DNA of 23,719 bases from Coleofasciculus sp. B1-GNL1-01. GTDB lineage: Bacteria; Cyanobacteriota; Cyanobacteriia; Cyanobacteriales; Coleofasciculaceae. The stretch lies in NCBI GenBank assembly GCA_040220235.1, contig JAVJTO010000058.1. One strand, 5' to 3'. A model generated the notes under the pieces. The model was not told where the DNA came from, ran no database searches, and saw only the letters and a list, made by a program, of their open reading frames with translations. Positions 17,117 to 23,719 of this stretch are shown one piece after another. Position numbers and translations under genes: made by a program. Position 1 is the stretch's first letter. Each line of letters begins with the position of its first letter.

Positions 17117-17255
17117 AACGCTTGTGAAAAGTAGGGTAGACTACACCCGAACTTAACGCCTGTGGACAAAGGAGTCAACTCCCTTGGGTGAAGCAGGAAA
17201 CAGAAAAAGCAATTGTTCAATGGACAATTGTGAATCAAGTCTGTGTAGTCATTTC
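17117..17255 (+). mobile_element. Probable remnant of a tnpB 3' end / omega-RNA region (IS607/IS605-type)
   Basis: From 17131 translates VG*TTPELNACGQRSQLPWVKQE, recalling TnpB C-terminal tails (..ACG..KQE). Three hairpins, including CAATTGTTC-AAT-GGACAATTG. Family assignment is from recalled similarity only. Confidence 0.5.
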
Positions 17256-17297
17256 AACCAAAGGATAAAAGATAGCTGGGGAAATCTCCGGATGGAA

Positions 17298-17424
17298 GTC
17301 AACTTCCCCGCCCATAGCCTAGCTATGGACGAGGCTTGAAAATTTCCCATTGTAGTTTATGGCGCGGCTTTCTAACCGCCCATACACAGTATGGACGAGG
17401 TATCCAGCCGCGAAAGAAAGAAGG
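17298..17424 (+). mobile_element. 127-bp miniature IS200/IS605-superfamily element with IscB/HEARO-like ends
   Basis: Starts GTCAACTTCCCCGCCCATAGCCTAGCTATGGACGAGGCTTG and ends CGCGGCTTTCTAACCGCCCATACACAGTATGGACGAGGTATCCAGCCGCG..., i.e. two related subterminal hairpins in direct orientation. Immediately followed by ATGA. Removal restores ATG GAA ATG ATA. Confidence 0.75.
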
Positions 17425-18159
17425 ATGATAGATGGTTTGGCGTTCTATAATGCTTTCCCCCTTGCTGAATTAGAAGTTGGTCAGCATCTGTACTGGCATA
17501 TTGGTAATTTGAAGGTTCATGGTCAGGTGTTTATTACCTCCTGGGTCGTGATTGCCATTCTTATCATTGCCTCGATTGCTGCTACCCGAAACATTCAGCG
17601 CATTCCTAGTGGTCTCCAAAATTTTATGGAGTATGCCCTGGAATTTTTGCGGGATTTAGCCAAAAATCAGATCGGGGAGAAAGAGTACCGTCCCTGGGTG
17701 CCGTTTGTGGGGACGTTATTTTTGTTCATTTTTGTGGCAAATTGGTCTGGGGCACTTGTTCCCTGGAAGCTGATTGAGCTACCCGAAGGTGAATTAGCGG
17801 CACCAACCAGTGATATTAATACTACAGTGGCGTTTGCGCTGCTGACCTCCTTAGCGTATTTTTACGCGGGTCTGAGCAAGAAGGGCTTGGGGTATTTTGC
17901 TGGTTATGCTCAACCAACTCCCATCCTGCTGCCGTTTAAGGTTCTGGAAGATTTTACCAAACCTCTCTCCCTCAGTTTCCGTCTGTTTGGCAACATTTTG
18001 GCAGATGAACTGGTGGTGGCAGTATTGGTGTTGTTGGTTCCCCTGTTCGTACCTCTCCCGGTGATGGCATTGGGTTTATTTACCAGTGCGATTCAGGCGC
18101 TGATCTTTGCTACCCTAGCAGCGGCTTATATCGGAGAGGCGATGGAAGACCATCACTAG
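17425..18159 (+). CDS. atpB: F0F1 ATP synthase subunit a (cyanobacterial atpI)
   Basis: [48 protein letters not shown]. Start set at MIDGL (17425) because the upstream extension lies in the inserted element. Confidence 0.97.
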   Translation: MIDGLAFYNAFPLAELEVGQHLYWHIGNLKVHGQVFITSWVVIAILIIASIAATRNIQRIPSGLQNFMEYALEFLRDLAKNQIGEKEYRPWVPFVGTLFLFIFVANWSGALVPWKLIELPEGELAAPTSDINTTVAFALLTSLAYFYAGLSKKGLGYFAGYAQPTPILLPFKVLEDFTKPLSLSFRLFGNILADELVVAVLVLLVPLFVPLPVMALGLFTSAIQALIFATLAAAYIGEAMEDHH

Positions 18160-18243
18160 CGATTTGAGGCTAGTGATCAAGATTTGCCACTTCCTTCTGA
18201 TGAACAATCAAAGAATTCGGCTGTGTCTAGCGAATTAGTTTAG

Positions 18244-18552
<309 letters not shown>

Positions 18553-18568
18553 CGCTTTATGCCACAAG

Positions 18569-18603
18569 AGCATTCAGACCCCAATGGCTGAGGTCTGGAT
18601 GCT
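18569..18603 (+). promoter_or_regulatory. Stem-loop 3' of the subunit c gene (possible mRNA-stabilising structure)
   Basis: AGCATTCAGACC...GGTCTGGATGCT, a 12-bp stem with one G-U pair and no U tract. Function is inferred. Confidence 0.45.
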
Positions 18604-18694
18604 GTTGATCTGGAGGGTTATTGAAATCGACAACGCTATCCCATCCCAACTAAAAAGCTAACGATTTTGTGCGCTGTGGGATTACCAAAACATC

Positions 18695-19186
18695 ATGATA
18701 CATTGGACAATTTTACTAGCTGTTGAAGCAGCAGAAGAGGCAGCCGAAGGAGGGTTATTTGATTTTGATGCCACCCTACCTCTGATGGCATTGCAATTTT
18801 TAATTTTGGTGGCGATATTGAATGCGGTTTTTTATAAGCCACTCAGTAAAGCCATTGATGGACGGGATGACTACATCCGCCAGAACCGATTAGAAGCACG
18901 GGAACGGTTAGAAAAAGCTCAGAATCTGGCGAAACAGTATGAGCAAGAACTAGCAAACACTCGTCGCAAGTCACAAGAGACTATTGCCGCTGCTCAAGCT
19001 GACGCTCAGAAAATAGCGGCTGATAAAATGGCTCAAGCTCAAGCAGAAGCCCAGGCACAACGAGAGCAAGCCCAAAAAGAAATTGACCAACAAAAAGCTG
19101 AAGCGATGACATCCTTAGAACAAGAAGTGGATTCGCTTTCGCGTCAGATTCTGGAAAAACTTGTTGGACCAGAGTTGGTTAAGTAA
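18695..19186 (+). CDS. atpG: F0F1 ATP synthase subunit b' (cyanobacterial atpG)
   Basis: [17 protein letters not shown]...FYKPL followed by a long coiled coil; operon position. Confidence 0.95.
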   Translation: MIHWTILLAVEAAEEAAEGGLFDFDATLPLMALQFLILVAILNAVFYKPLSKAIDGRDDYIRQNRLEARERLEKAQNLAKQYEQELANTRRKSQETIAAAQADAQKIAADKMAQAQAEAQAQREQAQKEIDQQKAEAMTSLEQEVDSLSRQILEKLVGPELVK

Positions 19187-19352
19187 TGTCGGCTTTATCC
19201 GGGTAGCGAAGCAGGGGTTTGCGAGAGGTTAACCCCTAGTCTTTTGTCTGTGGTGTGATCAAAAATAACGCCGGACGAAAGAAAATTATAGCCCGTTTAG
19301 ACGTTACCCAGCGTTAGCGGTAAAGCCGCATAGCAGTTCTCAATTAAAGCAG

Positions 19353-19889
19353 GTGTATATGGCTATTATGGGTAGTTTTTCAATGTTAGCTACCGCAGAA
19401 GGAGGATTTGGTATCAACCTCGATATTTTAGAAACCAATGTAATTAACTTGGTGATTATTATCGGGGTACTGATTTACTTTGGGCGATCATTTTTAGGGA
19501 ATACCCTATCGGAGCGACGTTCCAGTATTGAAGAATTAATTAGCGATGCCGAAAAGCAGAAGGACGACGCCGCTGCCGCCTTAGCGGATGCCCAGCAAAA
19601 GCTGGCACAAGCGCAAGCGGAAGCCGAAAAGATTCGGGCAAAAGCAGAAGAAAATGCCAACGCCGCTAGAGAATCAATTTTGGCTGCATCGGCTAAAGAT
19701 GTGGAACGGATGAAAGCGTCAGCCGTTCAGGATTTAAACTCAGAACGGGAACGTGCGATCGCACAACTTCGCCAGCAAGTGGTCGCCCTAGCTATGGAGC
19801 GTGTCGAGTCGCAACTCAAAAGTCAGTTGGATGACTCGGCACAGCATACCTTGGTTGACCGCAGCATCGAGCGAGTAGGAGCCAGATAA
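19353..19889 (+). CDS. atpF: F0F1 ATP synthase subunit b
   Basis: GFGINLDILETNVINL, TM helix, coiled coil. The start may be a few codons downstream. Confidence 0.95.
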   Translation: MYMAIMGSFSMLATAEGGFGINLDILETNVINLVIIIGVLIYFGRSFLGNTLSERRSSIEELISDAEKQKDDAAAALADAQQKLAQAQAEAEKIRAKAEENANAARESILAASAKDVERMKASAVQDLNSERERAIAQLRQQVVALAMERVESQLKSQLDDSAQHTLVDRSIERVGAR

Positions 19890-19891
19890 TC

Positions 19892-20449
19892 ATGAAAGGA
19901 AGTTCATTTAGTGCTGAGGTAGTTGAGCCGTATGCAGAGGCTTTGATGTCTCTGGCTCAAGAACATAACCTCGTGGATAAATTCGGTGAAGACGTTGCCG
20001 CGTTGCTCGATACTTTGAAAGAATCAGAGGAATTGGAGCAATTTTTAGGCAATCCGATTGTCAAAGCCGATGACAAAAAAGCTGTCTTAGAACAAATCAC
20101 CGGGGATCAAATTCACCCCTACATGGTGAATTTTTTAAAGATTCTCGTAGAGCGGCGGCGCATTCTGTTTCTGAGAGACGTATGTAAGCAGTATCAGGCA
20201 CTTTTGCGAGAGTTAAAACAAGCGGTTTTAGCTGAAGTCGTCTCCGCTGTTGAACTCAATGACGACCAAAAGCAGGCGGTGCGTCAAAAAGTTCTCACCA
20301 TGACCAATGCCCAAGATGTAGAACTAGATACCCAAGTTGACGCCGATTTACTCGGTGGTGTGATTATTAAAGTGGGGTCTCAAGTGGTTGATGCCAGTCT
20401 GCGTGGACAACTGCGTCGTATTGGTGTGAGCTTGAGTCGTTCGACTTAA
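19892..20449 (+). CDS. atpH: F0F1 ATP synthase subunit delta (cyanobacterial atpD)
   Basis: EPYAEAL, AEVVSAVEL, LLGGVIIKVGSQVVDASLRGQL. Confidence 0.96.
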   Translation: MKGSSFSAEVVEPYAEALMSLAQEHNLVDKFGEDVAALLDTLKESEELEQFLGNPIVKADDKKAVLEQITGDQIHPYMVNFLKILVERRRILFLRDVCKQYQALLRELKQAVLAEVVSAVELNDDQKQAVRQKVLTMTNAQDVELDTQVDADLLGGVIIKVGSQVVDASLRGQLRRIGVSLSRST

Positions 20450-20583
20450 ATGTCAAACGTCATGTTCCAGATGTAGCCGTCTACGTCTGTGATAAGTCAT
20501 AAGCTAAATTCACTAGGCAAATGACGAATGACATAAGACATAAGACATAAGACAAATGACAAAAAAGTAGAGGGATTAGTTGA

Positions 20584-22101
<1,518 letters not shown>

Positions 22102-22177
22102 GTTCATCGTTCAGGGTTCATGGTTCATAGGGAAATAGCTATGAACCCTGGACAATCAACAATTAACAAAACCAACT

Positions 22178-23128
22178 ATGCCTAATTTAAAAGCGATTCG
22201 CGATCGCATAAAATCCGTCAAAAATACTCAGAAAATTACCGAAGCGATGCGTCTGGTGGCAGCCGCGAAGGTGCGTCGCGCCCAAGAACAGGTGACATCT
22301 ACTCGTCCCTTTGCTGATCGCTTGGCGCAAGTCCTCTATGGCTTGCAGAACCGTCTCCGGTTTGAAGACGCCGATTTACCCTTGCTCAAACAACGGGACG
22401 TCAAGTCTGTTGGCTTACTCGTCGTGTCCGGCGATCGCGGCTTGTGTGGCGGTTACAATACCAACGTCATCCGCCGTGCCGAAAACCGCGCCAAGGAACT
22501 CCAGAAAGAAGGCATCGACTACAAATATGTCTTAATCGGGCGCAAAGCCATCCAATACTTTGAGCGCCGGGATCAGCCGATTGACGCCAAATACACGGGC
22601 TTAGAACAAATCCCCACCTCAACCGAAGCCTCAATGATTGCCGATGAATTGCTCTCATTGTTCCTATCGGATACCGTGGATCGGGTGGAACTGGTGTACA
22701 CCAAGTTTGTCTCCTTAATTAGTTCTCGTCCCGTGGTACAAACCTTATTACCTTTAACCGCCCAAGGATTAGAAGCACAAGATGATGAAATCTTCCGCCT
22801 CACCACTCGTGGCGGTGACTTTGAGGTAGAACGGGAAAAAGTGACGACAGAAAATCGTCCTTTACCTCGTGACATGATCTTTGAACAAGATCCGGTACAA
22901 ATTCTGGATGCCTTGCTACCGTTGTATTTGAACAACCAGTTACTGCGGGCATTACAAGAGGCAGCCGCTAGCGAATTAGCAGCCCGGATGACGGCGATGA
23001 ACAACGCCAGTGATAATGCGACTGAATTGATTGGCACCCTCAGCCTGTCGTACAACAAAGCGCGACAAGCTTCCATTACTCAAGAAATTCTGGAAGTCGT
23101 TGGCGGTGCCAGCGCCCTGGGTGGTTAG
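22178..23128 (+). CDS. atpC: F0F1 ATP synthase subunit gamma (atpG in E. coli nomenclature)
   Basis: [49 protein letters not shown]. Has the cyanobacterial insertion without the chloroplast Cys pair. Confidence 0.98.
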   Translation: MPNLKAIRDRIKSVKNTQKITEAMRLVAAAKVRRAQEQVTSTRPFADRLAQVLYGLQNRLRFEDADLPLLKQRDVKSVGLLVVSGDRGLCGGYNTNVIRRAENRAKELQKEGIDYKYVLIGRKAIQYFERRDQPIDAKYTGLEQIPTSTEASMIADELLSLFLSDTVDRVELVYTKFVSLISSRPVVQTLLPLTAQGLEAQDDEIFRLTTRGGDFEVEREKVTTENRPLPRDMIFEQDPVQILDALLPLYLNNQLLRALQEAAASELAARMTAMNNASDNATELIGTLSLSYNKARQASITQEILEVVGGASALGG

Positions 23129-23175
23129 CCGTAGGGGAGGTAGGGGCGCAACAGCGCCTATAGTTTAATATTTAT

Positions 23176-23203
23176 GTAGAGACGTAGCAGGCTACGTCTC
23201 TAC
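23176..23203. repeat. Perfect GTAG-type palindrome after the atp operon
   Basis: GTAGAGACGTAGC-AG-GCTACGTCTCTAC, 13-bp stem. A second GTAGGGGCGC unit lies at ~23141. Confidence 0.8.
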
Positions 23204-23241
23204 TACTAATATCTCCCCTTCCCAATAATTGCCAAAAGCTG

Positions 23242-23583
23242 ATGAAAACATCAACAGAGCAAAATATATCAACCTTATACAATAAAGATTATCACCTCTG
23301 GCTAGAGACAACGATACAACAACTCCGCTCCAGAGAATTTACTCATGTTGATTGGGAAAATTTATTGGATGAATTGGAAAGCATAGGAAAAAATAACAGA
23401 AGAGTGGTTAAAAGTCTCTTGACCCGACTTTGGGAACACTTGCTCAAGCTGCGTTACTGGGAATCAGAAAAAGAATACAATAAAAATAAGTGGAAATCCG
23501 AAATCACTACATTTCGGCAACAGATTCGAGATGAATTGTCAGATAGTCCCAGTTTAAAACCTTACTTAGGGGCTGCTAAATAA
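23242..23583 (+). pseudogene. DUF29-family gene truncated by an insertion
   Basis: LY..DY.LW, DWENLLDELESIGK, L..L.EHLLKL.YW, W...I..FR, SPSLKPYL, then an abrupt GAAK* read from the inserted element. The usual C-terminal ~35-40 aa are missing. Confidence 0.75.
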
Positions 23584-23719
23584 GTCTTGTGGTGGGGAGA
23601 GGCAATAGGGAATAGGCAATGGGCAATGGTTTTAACATCTCGACTTCGCTCGATGTTGACCCTCTGTCGAGGTAAAATTTGGTGCTGTTGTCGGCGAAAA
23701 TTCCAGGATGCAAGACGGT
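23569..23719 (+). mobile_element. Left part of a MITE/IS-like element (family D), running off the window
   Basis: GGGGCTGCTAAATAAGTCTTGTGGTG end similar to 7991; contains GGCAATA-type heptamers and an SDR-like hairpin at 23632-23659. Confidence 0.55.

Noticed and set aside
17359..17424. 22-aa N-terminal extension of subunit a
   Set aside because: It lies within the inserted 127-bp element and shows no resemblance to subunit a.

Overview
This window comes from a filamentous cyanobacterium: it has about 15 HIP1 GCGATCGC sites, STRR heptamer arrays and the cyanobacterial atp operon order. A Coleofasciculus/Oscillatoriales-like origin is an inference. The right two-thirds is core genome: ftsH, a class-IV aminotransferase, an Hsp70-like/GrpE-like/DUF2997 cluster, larC and the atp1-a-c-b'-b-delta-alpha-gamma ATP synthase operon. 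The left ~8.8 kb is HIP1-poor accessory DNA. Main finding: a tightly linked three-gene operon at 236-5897. A TIR protein carries at its C-terminus a ~65-aa helical domain that is clearly homologous to the N-terminal domain of the next gene, a 1461-aa NACHT-type STAND NTPase with TPR-like repeats. A 165-aa unknown protein follows. This looks like a split NLR receptor plus TIR effector coupled by homotypic (EAD/death-like) domains, a candidate defence system. The NTPase gene also carries a 234-bp in-frame MITE just before its winged-helix motif. Second finding: a 127-bp miniature element with IscB/HEARO-like ends sits exactly at the ATGA of the ATP synthase subunit a gene (empty site ATG GAA|ATG ATA), next to a probable tnpB 3'-end remnant. 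Intergenic DNA is dense with MITEs, REP-like hairpins, short dispersed repeats and G-rich 9-mer arrays. One insertion truncates a DUF29 gene.
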